Below, one piece after another: positions 42,211 through 57,648 of a stretch of 64,000 bases of DNA. The notes beneath the pieces were generated by a model. That model was not told the origin of the DNA, ran no database searches, and worked only from the letters and a program-made list of their open reading frames with translations. The translations under genes and the position numbers were made by a program. Location of the stretch: the NCBI GenBank assembly GCA_951406725.2, contig OX597817.1, positions 79,732,001 to 79,796,000 on the forward strand, read 5' to 3'. Numbering within the stretch: position 1 is the stretch's first letter; each line of letters opens with the position of its first letter. Source of the DNA: Octopus vulgaris (Eukaryota).

Positions 42211-44039
42211 ATAGAAGAGACATATATAATACGAGTGAGTGGATAAGCGAAAGAAAATAATACACTCAACCTACTTGACGGAAGTTACATATATTTTTGA
42301 TAACAGTTTGATTTATCTGTATACGTCTTAAAGTTTCTTGAGTATCTTGGAAGGAGCCTTCCCTTCAGATACCAGTCATATGACTATTCTTGAGAAATGT
42401 GTTATGCAATAAATATTAGAAGGTTACATAAAACGGGAAAATGTCTTGAGGTCTCTCAGCTTTTTGCCTGAATTACAAAAATAATACTAGTCTTTGAGAT
42501 AATATATGTTCCCCACTGCGAAATAATTTACAATTAGCTTTTTAATTTCAGTTTGCATTTGATATATTTAAGTCTGACTTTCATTATGATGATGATTTTG
42601 TCCTCGTTATTCAATTACTTGATGCGTAAGACTTGTCAGTATCCACTGAGAATGATGCAGGTAATATCGTTATGTTTCTTCAAAATGTAGAAGACCGAAA
42701 CCATGACCATCAGCGTAGATTAATTCCAGCTGCCAATTTGTTGCAACAATGGCATTCAATTCAATATGGTCAGAGGCCTCTAGTTCCTTGCGCTTGATAT
42801 TACTGACAGCATGAAAAATTTCCAACACGCAACGGAAATGTCAATAGTACCTGTGACATACTTCAAAACATCTAGCAGTCAAGTATTTCAAAGTTACCAT
42901 GATCGTCCTTTTATTCTTCTCCGGGGAGTTGAAACCAGACTTTTGAAGATTGAGTATGTAAACCAAGATTTTCACAAGGGCTCAAAATATCTCATGGCAT
43001 GAGTGTAAGATCAATGAAAAGATTTGTGGACACGTATACCATTGTTGCTCAACGCATGATAGGTTTCGCTGGTCGTTCCTTTCATGATGAACAACAAGCT
43101 ATTTCAGATGCTATATTTGAGGACAAAAACCCACTAACAGAATACGAAGACCAGCTACATTTATGTCATGGTCTGAAACACAACATAAAACCGAAGTTCT
43201 ACTAGAGCTAAAAGGGTCAGAAATTTCTGGTGTAGTATTGTGAAGTGCTTCTTGGTTGCATCCACCTGGAAAAGAATCATTAAATATGATTACACTCACA
43301 TAAGATATATTAAATATCATACATGGGAAATTCTGTATTTCTTAATACTTTTTGCTCTGGTAGAAAGAAGACAAATATCAAGCAGCAGTTTCAAATTTCT
43401 CTGAAGGTTAAGGTGGGATAATCTGAAAACATTAACAGTATTATTGAATTAACAAAGCAAGTAGGAAAACACACCGTGTTTTACTGGATGCAAGAGATGA
43501 AAGCTGCAAACGTGTTTCTTCTGTTTTTACACGAATAGGTGCCAGTACAAATTCATCCAGCCTCTTGTCCTCCACAAGATAAAAAACCTAGTCATATACA
43601 AAAAGGATAAAATATGTATGCGTATGTATTTTTTATATTGCTGAAGTCCTAAGAATTTCATACACTTTAGAAGGTTTACAAAACTCTTATAAGATCAACA
43701 ATATACAACAGGAAAATAAATTAGAAAAATTGTTTAAGTTCAATGGTACTGTATCAGCATAGGATGTGGGTTCGTATCCCACGGACAGCCGTTGAAGTTT
43801 ACTATCTAAACGTGTTTTTCAACCCAATATTTACATACTGCTCTTTGCAGCTGTATATGATGTGATTCGAGAACCATTAGATCAAACAAAGGTTTACATA
43901 TATAAGTTTACATATGTACGTACGTATGTATGTTTGTGCATATATATAAATACATAGAGATAGATAGACGGACAAACATACAGACAGAGGGACGAAGGGA
44001 CGGGTGGATGGATAGATAGATAGACAGACAGTCACACAT

Positions 44040-44086
<47 letters not shown>

Positions 44087-44110
44087 TATTGATTGAGTGA
44101 TTGATTGATT

Positions 44111-44147
<37 letters not shown>

Positions 44148-44178
44148 GTACACAGACAGAGACAGACTGATAGTAGTA

Positions 44179-44264
<86 letters not shown>

Positions 44265-44618
44265 TCTGATTAATGAGATTAAACATTTATTCGATCTAAA
44301 TTAATCAATATTCAATACTTATTCCTCGTGAAACAGCTGTTGAGAGTAACTAAATTATGAAATTTATGCTTTTCCGCTCTTTATACTCTGTGTGTGTAGA
44401 TGTGTGTGTGTGTGTGTGTCTGGCAAAGCATACATTTCCCTGATATTTCATTATATTATTACTTTCAACAGCTGTTTCATGAGGAATAAACATCTATATA
44501 CCTACATACATACGTACGCACGCATATACATACATAACACACATACATACATATATACATACATACATACATACATACATACATACATACATACATACAC
44601 ACAAGCATACATACATTC

Positions 44619-44649
<31 letters not shown>

Positions 44650-45113
44650 CGTAAATAGTTGAGTGTATTTTTCCCTTGTTAACAATTACCAGGAAAGGCA
44701 AGGAATTCTTCTTCTCTGCAATTCTGAACTATTTTTTTATTCTTTTTTCTAAAAATTCCCTTGTAAACACGGTTATAGAGCGTGCATACCGATGTAAACA
44801 TTGGCAGAAACACACCTTTAGTTCGTATAAGTGATCTCTATCATTATATATAATTTAAACATTAATTTTATTCTTATATTTCACATTCACTTAATATATA
44901 TTTTTCCTAGTCTATAAGGTTTTATTTAATATACATATAGTCATATACTTCTCATTTATTTAGTTTTTCTTTACTTTATCCCTCCTCTTTCTATAGGCTA
45001 CCTCTGACGTTATATCCTATAACGTTTTTTGAAACAATATTAAGAGCGTTCAGTTAATAACTATACATATCAATCATTTTCTGTTAAAATGTCTTATTGA
45101 CGAGTTTCATTTC

Positions 45114-45208
45114 TTCACTTCTCTGAAGAGAAGATTACATTGTTTTACATAATTCTATTCCTTTGGAATAATACAAGTGATATCTTCGAAACATATGTCG
45201 GAATGAAA
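45114..45208 (+). ncRNA. Type I hammerhead ribozyme, intact core
   Basis: ttca-c-ttct-CTGAAGA-GAAGAT...ATCTTC-GAAA-CATATG-TC-ggaa-tgaa. Long stem II, palindromic stem III, GUC cleavage after 45199. Confidence 0.82.
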
Positions 45209-46961
45209 AGAATTTATATAACACCTGCGTTTAACTTCATTTATATATATATATTATATATTATATATATATGTATGTATATATATGTGTGTGTATATAT
45301 ATATATATATGTATATATTGATATACATGCGGGGTTGTCTATATGTTTTTATACAAACTTGGACGCGCGTATGTATGCATAAATATGTGTGTGAATGTGT
45401 GTGAAAATTGTTTAAGAAGAAAAATGAAAACAAAAACAACCAAAGAGAGCAAAACAATTGTGGAATCAGGAAAATAGTTGTGCTTACTGAATCAGCAGAG
45501 CAACAGTTTTAATTGAGTGATACACAGATAAGGAAGGAGTAAGAGGAGATATGTGTGTATTTGTGAGAGTGTCTGCATACACGTGTGGTTATATGTTATA
45601 TATAACCGCACATATGTGGTTATATGTGAGTACGCGTATACATATGTTTGTATATGTATATAGAGAAGTGTCTGTATGTAGTGTTTATAGATGTGTGAAT
45701 GTTTTCTGTTTATATTTATCAGATATTATGTCGTTTTGGTGGCTAAACAAAACCTACCAACTACCTTTAAGTACTGAATTTCAATCCACCAGATCCTGGT
45801 AAGTGATCGCAGCCGGATGTCTTGTTTCGGTTACTGCGACAATCGCGTTGACAAGCTGCAAATAATCGGTATAATATCTCTTTGATGAAACCATAAACTG
45901 GTAAGGTTCCTGATATGAAAACACACCACTCAGTTTACAGTGTCTGTTGGTGCTAATCTGCACGGTTTTCTTCAACATAGTGCAAGGTGGTGTCTGTAAA
46001 ATAATCCGATTGCCGATTCTCGTTGATTATCCTAGCTACTGCGGATGTTTTTGCTGATATATTACCGGTTCATGCATGTATTTGCGCACTTACGAGTAAA
46101 AATGTATGCGTGTATACGTATACATACATACATACATACATACATACATACATACATACATACATACATACATACATACATACATACATACATACATACA
46201 TACATGCATACATACATACATACATATATACATACATATATACATATATATTTATATACATATATACATATGTGTATACACACATATATATGTATATATG
46301 CATATATATACATAAACATATATATATATACATACACACATACATACATATATATATATATACACACACAAAGGTGTATGTGTGTGTATTTATTATAATG
46401 TGTTTGTGTAAGCGTTTAGTACATGTTTGTAACATGTATGTTTTATTATGTAAGTGTTAGTGTGCGTACGTGATGTGCATGCGTGTAAATCGAGTATTCC
46501 GTGTTTAAATATATAAAAATACAAAAAAAGGGGAAACTACGTGTTCCTCTTTTTCATCGGATGTTTCCCCTCAATTTATCTGTTGAAGCTATTTAAAACT
46601 GTGTGCTTATATGTCTCATAGCTGCGCTAGTTTGTGTATAAGTGTATGTATAAATGTGTAGTAAGATGTATATGTACTTTTACTTGATATGAATGTTAGT
46701 GCTTTATTTTAGATGTATTTTGGGTTACACAACAACTTGTATCCTTTCTTGCATTGAATTACATTCTAAAAATGTCATCGAGATGTCAACGCCCTAAGGT
46801 GCTTAACAAGCCCCAGATATACTAATTCGAGCCTATACATATCGCGAGCGCTTTTCATTAGGAAGGCACCAAGACCACAATATTCTGTCTTTACTACCAA
46901 ATATTTCATAACACGCTAGATGTATTCAAGAAAACTACGATTATGAGACTGTGTGCGTGTA

Positions 46962-47035
<74 letters not shown>

Positions 47036-47039
<4 letters not shown>

Positions 47040-47200
47040 GGAGTGGCTGTATGGTAAGTAGCTTGTTTACCAACCACATGGTTCCGGGTTCAGTCCCACT
47101 GCGTGGCACCCTTGGACAAGTGTCTTCTACAAAGCCTTGTGAGTGGATTTGGTTGACGGTAACTGAAGGAAGCCCGTCGTATATTTGTATATATATATGT
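47036..47200 (+). mobile_element. SINE family A, 5' half
   Basis: ggtaggagtggctgtatggtaag...gggttcagtcccactgcgtggcacc. Confidence 0.8.
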
Positions 47201-48268
47201 GTGTGAGTGTGTGTATCAACAAACACGCACGCACACACGCACACACACACACACAGATATATTATTTTGCACGTTATGCAAAAGAATGCCATGTATTTGC
47301 CGATAAGTAGTAAAACTATAACAACAGATATAACTAATAAATAAAGAAAACCCAGCATAAAATATACATAAATACAATAAGAAATAACTGATTCCGCAAA
47401 GGAGCCACATAAATGAATAAACATAACTTTAAAAATTAATCATAAATCATTAAAAAAAAATTTATAAATACTCCTAGATGAAATTAAGACCGAAACAGTA
47501 ACAAGTAAAAATGTATATATTACAGATATAATAACTATATGTGGGTGTGTATATGCATGTATGTGCACCTGTGCTTTTGTATGCATGTGTGTGTATTCAT
47601 TTGTGTGTATGCACGTGAGTATATGTGCACGTGCGTGTGCTTAAATTTTAAAAAAATATTAAATAAAAGCCGATGTTCTCGGTTGACATCTGATCGCTAA
47701 GATTAAAGTTGCATTGAAATTTAGGATGTTCCGAAAGATGAGGAATTCATTTAAACACCACCAAAAACCCATTTTTGTACCAATCACATACATCCTAGCT
47801 AAATCGTCATATTATGTTGTTGTTTTTTTATAATTTATTTTTATATATTTTTATTTCGTTTATTTTTAACTCTTTTTTTCTTTTTCTTTTATTTTACACA
47901 ACGGGGACGTGCTGTCGTGATGTGTGAGTAAAAACAAATAATAATAATTGTTAGATATAATCTGTATTCCTACAACCATCACCGCTGTTAGTATTACTAC
48001 CTGTATCAGCGTCCCCATCCTAATGCCACCACCACCGCTACCACCACCACCATCATCACTACCATCAACCGCATAACATTCATCAACCTATTTTTTCTAC
48101 GCCCACATTTTCCACTTCAACACACCCACACACACCCAAAATGTGATATGAAAGTGTCAAATGGGAAATGACACACCCTCGTCATTTCTTACTTTTTTAT
48201 TTCTTTAGTTCTCTCTCTTTCTTTTTTTTCTCTCTCTCTCCCTTGCGCTCTGTCCATGTATATATATG

Positions 48269-48742
<474 letters not shown>

Positions 48743-50636
48743 ATATATATTAGTATTTGTTTTTATGTTCTGTTGTAACGAAAACTATTTTGCATTAATC
48801 TGTACACTTTTAAAGAGTACAAATTTATTATTGTTGACTGTAACTTCAAAGTTTCGGCCAGTTAATCTTGGCTTTATGTAGTCTCTGTTGAGTTAAAATC
48901 TGATTCATTGGATATACGGGTTCGAGTGGAAGAGTAATTAGGTTTTAGGTTAAGTAGTTATGGAGCGGTGTTTTATTGATTACATTTCGATTAATTGTTT
49001 AGGAGGTTTTCATATATGTAGAACTTTATAAACTGGTATGCATACTTACATATGTCGCTTTTTGGTAAGTAGGTATGGGATGTGCCAACAGTTTTAGCTA
49101 TTTTGGGTTTTATCGGATTTGATCCTTTGATTTGATAATGGAAAGTTCAAATGTCCAAAGTTTAGTTCAGAATTTAAGAACGTAGTGATAGACTGTGTAA
49201 GCAATTTTATTAACTGAATTTCTTTAAGAGTTAGCAAAAAAATATAAGTAGGCGGTATGTTTTAGCTGGTCAGTTTCTCTGCTTGTTGTGATTTAGAATA
49301 TTTCCTGCTTTTATTTGGAAGGTAGAAATTGTTAGTTGAGCATGTCATTTGATTAATCAAATTGCTTAAAGAACAATGAACCCCTAGAGAGAAATATACA
49401 GGCCAACAACCTTTATACCTAACCACATCATTTTGTGAACATTAAGGCACAGGTTAAACAAATGTGTGAAAACCTACTTTTGATTAGCTGATACGGAAAC
49501 AGCCTTGCTTCCAAACGGACACCACACCATAGATATTTACGCATTCTACTGTGATATCCACCATGTTGGCCAGAGAAGAAAGTGAGAGAAGTCACCTCCT
49601 TTAAACTTGAGTAAAACCTGACGATCCCGTCTTCCCGGTAGGCTGGAAATCTTGAGCAGCCCTTTCGAAAGTTACCTAGAATTACATATTTTATTACCCT
49701 GTATACCTCCGGTCATTTTCTACGAGTATCTTATTAACTGAAAATGTGAAAGGTATCTTACCGATTTCTTTCCCCTATTGTTTCGTATTATATATGTTTC
49801 AAGAGATTTATTGTTTTTGTATCCTAATGCGAGCTAAGTGAATGTTATTGGGGACTGAACTTATATCAAAAATACGGCTTCCTATGAAATTGTTATTACT
49901 CTTCATTATTTCATATAGTGACGTATCAAGTTCACACAAACTTTTATATAGACCATATCCACAAAGCGGATGAAGACTTTACAAATAACTTCCTATATGC
50001 ACTTGTATAATAGAACATTCTATTTGACATTGTTCAATATTCAGAGAATCCGTTGTTTAGTTAGTATCTATATCATTGCAAAATTGCATTACGCTGAGAC
50101 ACTTCAAAGTAATTTATCATATCTCCTAACTAGCCTCGCCTTTCAAGTACTTTAAAGCGTAAACTAAGTGTGTTAAAGACTAGGGTAATTACTTACACGT
50201 TCATAATTCCCACCTCAAACACTTTCTTTCGTCTTTTTCACTTTTATTTCAAGATATCAGAAGACGTTCCTATATTTTCATTCACAGAATCGCCTACTCA
50301 TTCTCCGTACTTGTGTACCGACAAGTTCTCTTCCTTTCTCCCTCTCTCTCACTCACCATCTCTCTCTGCACCCCCTTTCTCTATCTATCTGACTTCCTTT
50401 TTTTCATGTCTGCCTCCCCTCTTTTGCTACCTGCCCTTCAATCCACTCTGTTATATGCATTTGAACAAAACTCTCTGTTCCCTCCTCTCTTATATTGTTA
50501 TGTGTGTGTGTGTGTGTGTGTGAGTGTGTGTGTGCGTGTGTGTGTATGTGTCTGTGTGTGTCTGTGTGTATATGTATTACGCATGTATGTATATATATTT
50601 ATTTACACACGCACACACATATATATAGATAAATAA

Positions 50637-50693
<57 letters not shown>

Positions 50694-50695
50694 AA

Positions 50696-50907
50696 CTTTT
50701 ACTCTTTTACTTGTTTCAGTCATTTGACTACAGCCATGCTGGAGCAGCGCCTTTAGTCGAGCAAACTGCCCCCAGGACTTATTCTTTGAAAGCCTAGTAC
50801 TTATTCTATCAGTAACTTTTGTCGAACCGCTAAGTTACGGGGACGTAAACACACCAGCATCGGTTGTCAAGTGATGCTGAGGGACATACACAGACACAGA
50901 CAGATAG

Positions 50908-50944
<37 letters not shown>

Positions 50945-51114
50945 CATATACACGACGGGCTTCTTTCAGTTTCCGTTTACCAAATCTACACACAAGGATT
51001 TGGTCGACTCGAGAATATAGTAGAAGACACTTGCCCAAAGTGCGACGCAGTGGGACTGAACCCGGAACCATGTCGTTGGTAAGCAAACTACTTACCACAC
51101 AGCCACTCTTGCAC
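50696..51114 (-). mobile_element. SINE family A, full length, inserted in (TAGA)n
   Basis: Family A consensus with (TAGA)n on both sides. Confidence 0.85.
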
Positions 51115-51118
51115 CTAT

Positions 51119-51197
<79 letters not shown>

Positions 51198-51239
51198 CCA
51201 ATAAAAGTAGAACAAATAAAAATGTACTCCATCCAGTGA

Positions 51240-51578
51240 GAGATAAATACACAACCTAAAGAGTTACTAATAGTTTCGTGATTTTATGATACTTAAACAG
51301 GCATATATATGAAATACGCCTGCAAGATTATATCTCCAAACAATCTTGCAGGCCCTGAGTATGCGTTATATATAATACAGTTCTATATTTAAGAGATGAG
51401 GAATTATGTACATCATTTACATTATTTACATTTGACGAATATTTATCCTCATCCTGTTTGTTGTTAACACAATGTTTCGGCTGATATACCCTCCAGCCTT
51501 CATCAGGTGTCTTGGGGAAATTTCGAACCTGGGTTCTCATTCCTAAGGTATCTTTCGATGTTGCTGTTGTTGTTGTTG

Positions 51579-51633
<55 letters not shown>

Positions 51634-51826
51634 CATTATTATTACTACTATTATTATTATTACTATTATAATTATTCAGGTCACTGTCTGGAATCGAACT
51701 CGGAATCTTGAGGTTAGTAGCCCGCGCTCTTAACAACTACGCCACGGGCATATGGTGTAGTGGTTATTAGTGCGAGCTACTAACCCCAAAATTCCGAGTT
51801 CGATTCCAGACAGTGACCTGAATAAC

Positions 51827-51900
<74 letters not shown>

Positions 51901-52935
51901 CAACAACAACATCGATAAACACCTTAGGAATGAAAACTCAGGTTCGAAATTTCCCCAACACACCTGATGAAGGCCGGAGGGTATATCAGCCGAAACGTTG
52001 TTAACAACAAACAAGATGGGGACAAATATCCGTCAAATGTAAATAATGTAAATAATGTGCGTTATATACATTTTTTTAATGTAGATCAAAATATCATACA
52101 ACTGCTTCCCAATGTGAAGAACATTATATCTCGTAAAAATCACCAAGAACCCACTCCCATTTGTAATTGTCGAGACCCTAAAGCCTACCCACTTGACCTG
52201 GCTTCTAAGTTAAACTCCGTTATATACGATACTGATGTTACAGCAACGCTTCGAAATAAGTCAATTTAATAGAAGAATTATATCGGGCTAAGTGAGGGCG
52301 AATTCAAAAGACGTTATGCAAACCACCTGTCTTCTTTTCGTGACATCAATAAAAGTAATGCAACTAAGTTGGCTAGCCACATATGGAATTTTAATAGCGG
52401 CCCCACACTGCATACAATTAAGTAGAGAATAATGGAGAGTCTAAGACATATGTTAAAGGATCTAAGAAATGCAACTTATGTGTAACAGAAAGATCTCATA
52501 CTCTTCTTAGATCCATCAATTCCAACACACTGCTTAATTCCAGATCTGAAATTTGTAGGTGTAACCACATGGACAGGTTTCTTTTATCGAATTGGAGCGC
52601 ACCACCCGCTCCAGATTGATTTACTATCTAACAGACTTTGACATATATTCTATTGTTTTGTTCTATACCAGTTGTATTTAATGTGCTTTCTGCAATCAGG
52701 GAGGATGAGGATCTTAGTTTTCTTGATTTCGTTTTTTACTCGATCCTGTTTTTTTTTTGTTTGTTTTTTTTTGCACTCTTCTCACGTTTTTACTTTTTTT
52801 TCTTAAAGTATATTTAATGCATAAACAGAGTCTGAAGGATTGCTTGGAGATACATGTTGTATTTTATAAATATGCCTGTTCAAGTATCATAAAAGCATGA
52901 AACTATTTATAGCTCTTTCGGTTGTGTAATTAATT
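51240..52935 (+). mobile_element. 5'-truncated Penelope-like element (Neptune-type) with inverted pLTR and GIY-YIG endonuclease remnant
   Basis: 52100-52600 translates CNCRDPKAYPL...SVIY...NYIGLSEGEFKRRYANHLSSF...ATKLASHIW...KCNLC...LNSRSEI. 51240-51372 is the reverse complement of 52810-52935, which carries a decayed HHR. Confidence 0.85.
51373..52057. mobile_element. Head-to-head pair of a tRNA-headed, (AAT)n-containing, hammerhead-tailed element with 11-bp TSD
   Basis: Minus copy about 51380-51744, plus copy 51745-52057. A box tggtgtagtgg, B box gagttcgattcc, HHR motif at 51466-51511 (-) and 51959-52002 (+). tgcgttatata at 51362-51372 and 52058-52068. Confidence 0.85.
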
Positions 52936-53021
52936 CAAATATATATATAGCCGGAATAAATAGCATACGATTTTTTATGAGCGCACCCAAAAACTTTTTA
53001 TGTAAATGGACTTGAAGTGTG

Positions 53022-53060
<39 letters not shown>

Positions 53061-53501
53061 ATTTATTTATTTATTTATTTATTTATTTATATAGATGTTG
53101 GCCTTCAAAGTTCGGATCGGGCATCGAAAGCAATAATCTATCCAGGTTTGGACAACAATAATAAAAATTATTAACAATACACATCTGCTTCTTTCTCAGT
53201 TTTTCAACTCTTAGACTTCTTTTGCCCATGCTTATTTCTCTTTCGAGAGTTATAAGGATAATGTTTTAGAATCTTTTTGTAAAATACATATTTAGTTTGT
53301 ATCATAATCACAAACTCTTGAGCACTAAAATTGCAATAGTGATGTTCTACAAGCCCCTGAAAGATAGGATGGTCAATAGCCTTGAAAGTATAAAACTGTA
53401 GTTTTAATATGTTCAGGGGACATTAAAAGATTAACTACAGTTACCAGGAAAATGGCAACGCACTGCTTTCAGAGAAACAACATTAATAATCTCTCTCTCT
53501 C

Positions 53502-53578
<77 letters not shown>

Positions 53579-55596
53579 CTCACCCTGGTAAAAATTAGCT
53601 GTGATTAGGAGTGGAGAAAATTATCCCTACCAGGTTCAGATACCCAACATTCACTTCCTCCAACTCTTTCTTCTTGTTTTATACACTTTCACTTCCGTTC
53701 TCATTTCTTCTTAGGTGAATATTCTCGAGTAAGGAGGCACTTCTTTTTGTTACGCAACTCATCTGATCTTCCTTCCTTTGCAATGCTAGGAAAGGATGCG
53801 ATACATTTGTTGTTATTTTTGTTATTGTCATTTAAGCTGGTGTTTTTCGACACATGTTTCAATGAGGCTTGCCAAATCGTACCTATCTCTGTTTATAGCT
53901 GTTTCTTTAATTATGAGTTTGTTTCATCGTTTGATTTTTTGTATTTTTAAAAGTTTTGCAGGAGTATCCACTGCTAATAAGTTTGTTGATAAATATCATT
54001 TTTTGCTATTTCAAAGGTGACTATATCGAACCACCAATAGAAAAGACAAATCAGAAGCTTCTAAAGGTATATGTACGCAGTACAATACCTAAGAACAAAC
54101 CAACTGCAATATAGAGTAAAATAAAATAAAAATAAAAGTAACTGTTACAGGAATGAATGTCCAAAAAAACCCTAGCAGACTTTCAATTTAAGTCGTTAAA
54201 TTGATTCCTTAGTGATTTTTCAAGTTTGCAATCTTCAGCAATAGTAAATTTTGGCATCAAAAGCTGCAACATATTTCTCTATAATGCTTGATAACTTTAT
54301 TTTGCACTTAAAATTTAGAGACATTCTTGCAAATTCTCTACAGAATCTAATTTGCTTCTTTACTGCCTTCTCATGGAACTCAGCACTTTCAGATAAAAAG
54401 AATAATGGTTGTTTATAATATTTTAGCCATTTTATTTCCCGAGTCAACAAAGAAGTCACTGTGGGATATCTCGATCTGCTGAAAGTGACACCGTACCGAC
54501 ATAAGAAAAACCTAGTACACTGAAAAATGTTGTTCAACATGTTCATAAAGTCGATGACAAGATGTATTTTACCAGAGTCATCTTAAGTTAGCTAACATGG
54601 GTGTTGCAGCATCAGAACGCTGGAGGTATGATATAATTTCTTTATGTTTCAATTGGGTAGGGTGGCCCACTTCTTCGGTTGAACTCTCGGGTCTATGTGC
54701 ATACAATACCTATTGACATTCCTACGCTTCTCTGATTATAAGCTTGTTCGATCAAAGTAAAGCTGCAGTTAATCAACCATATTAATGCTGTCATGTGTAT
54801 CATACTAAATGTATAGACACTTTTAGAAAGCACGATGCTGAAGAATTGTCTGAGATAAAATTTCCTTATTAGCTTGTGCTAAAAACACAATATATATATA
54901 TATCAGAGTGACATTTACATTGTCGCTGCGCTGACTCACGAAATCGACAGAGGCATTTCTTCTTTGCTGAAGCTTGTCAATGCCGTGCACCCGATTGTCA
55001 TTTGCTTCATGCTTCGATATATAGGAAACAACGAATAAAATATTCACCGATATTGTGAAAGTTTGCCATGCTGTAGAAAAAACTCTGGGTACGCAATTGG
55101 AAGAGCATTGAATTAAAACTCCCATTAGTATATTATGAAAAATGAACATATATCGTTAGAACAGCATAGTGTTTATCAAATCATTAAAAAAAAAAATTTC
55201 ACTTTTTCGGCTGGAAAAAAATCCGTGAAATATTTTAAGATCCAAATGTCTTTAAATAAAGTTTGAAAATTGGTGAAGCATTTCTTGGTGCTTTTTACCC
55301 GAAAAGAAAATAAAGGTCAGGTTGGAATATGTGTAATTGTATGTATGGTTGATTATGGCTGAACAACATCAATAACAACAACAAAAACAATGACAATAAG
55401 AAAACAGTAGCAAGAACATGTCTATGGTACTTATTATATATGGAATTAAATGAGAACTTGAACACCCTATTTGGACGGACAAAATTAAATACTCCATAGT
55501 GCTCTTCTTTCTCTACATCATAGTCTCTGACTAATGTTATTAATAACAATGAGGTTTGTCTTAGTGGTTGCAATTAAACATGTGATACTTTATTGT

Positions 55597-55683
<87 letters not shown>

Positions 55684-56442
55684 TATACATATACATATAT
55701 ATACATATACATATATATATATATATATATATCAACATAGCGAAAAAAATCCCTCTATTCCTCATAATATTATCCTGTTGTATGCGATGTACAAGTGATG
55801 TTATAATCCACGCACATCATACACCCACCATATTGCCCGAGATGTTGTTAATAAACTGTGCTCGCCATTTCACACTCACCTCCGACCCTATGCAAACAAG
55901 ACTGTCGTACCGTTGTATATGGCTACATTTCCGTGTTCTGATATGAGTTTACAACCAATTTCCATTGTGGGTATAAAAAAATTAAAACAAAACAAGTTTA
56001 GATTTCCATTTTTGGACTACAGAAACTAATACAGATACTCCAATGAAATAAAAATTCACCCACCCATCTTCTCTTCTGAGCGATAAAACTTAACCCACAC
56101 ACTCTGGTTACGCTATACTGATTTTTTTTCGTCTGCATCCCACTTTACTGACAACATATATATTACTGATACTCAAACATATACAGAAGCACATACAATT
56201 ACCCTCTGTTTTCCACACACATACACACAAAGACACACATATAAATGCATGCTAGCGTTAGCATACATCATACATACATTTAGTCGCTCCGTCATCCATT
56301 GCTTTTTTAATTGTAGAGCATACGCTATGCATACAAACTATACATATACACATACATACATATATACATATATCCATACATAGATATATAAAGAGAGAGA
56401 AAGAGAGTGAGAGAGATACGTACACATATATATATATTTGTG

Positions 56443-56510
<68 letters not shown>

Positions 56511-56955
56511 TATCCATATGCACATACACAAACATATATATACACACACATATGTATGTATTACAGATACGTTTGTTGTTTCTTAATGTATAGGTTTTTT
56601 TCTTTTTGTTTTCTATCTTGCCACAGATTCTATCCGTCCATTTTTTCCACCATTTTACTTACATATGGTGTTCCCGCTTAGATTTTTATTTTGTTTTGAT
56701 CATTTTATATACATATTTATTTACTGGTGGAGAGGTTGGGTCCCACAATTACCTAGGAAGTATATAACCGATGTAATATCTGTAAAAACAAAGTTTAAAC
56801 GGAAACAAAACGATAGAAACAAAAGTAAGATACACGTTTAAGGACATACGCAAATACATGCCTGAGTAAGTATGCATATATATATGTGTATATATATATG
56901 TGTGTGTCTGTACACACACACACATATACATATATATATATATATATCCCTATCA

Positions 56956-56998
<43 letters not shown>

Positions 56999-57308
56999 TG
57001 CATATATCTACATATATATGCATGTATACACGAAGTAATTAGTAGAGAAAAATATGTGACAAATTTAAAAATAAAAAAAGGAAGGAAAAAAATTAATGAT
57101 CAGACAGACAGACAGGAAGGCAGGCAAATAAACAAAAATAGTCACAATCAAATTCAATTAAACGAGCGCAGCAGGTTTATAACCTACACCCGTCACTTCA
57201 TTATTTTCTATCTATTTATTTATTCACTTTCACTGAAATTCTCCATCTATACATACACATACACACACACATATATGCATATAGGCATACATACATACAT
57301 ATATATAT

Positions 57309-57362
<54 letters not shown>

Positions 57363-57605
57363 CTGTATGTGTAGTTTTCTTTGGTTTTATGTTTATTTTC
57401 GATCGACATTCTCTTTCCATTAATATAAGATAGACAAAGCTTCAGTAACACTAATTGCAAAAGTCTATGACGTCCTGCTATGTTCCGGATCACTATGCCG
57501 CGCTCTCCACCTCTCAGCAGACGGTGTTTCATTCTTCAAGAGTCTTTCTATCCTTCTCTGCTACACATTATAAAACGTATACAGGTATACATGCGCACTT
57601 ACAGA

Positions 57606-57648
<43 letters not shown>

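Noticed and set aside
48760-49720. Possible further decayed Penelope fragment with HHR traces near 48850 and 49620
   Set aside because: Motifs are too degenerate and no convincing protein motif could be read.
51746-51820. Functional tRNA gene
   Set aside because: Acceptor and D stems pair poorly, and the sequence is the head of a repeated element.
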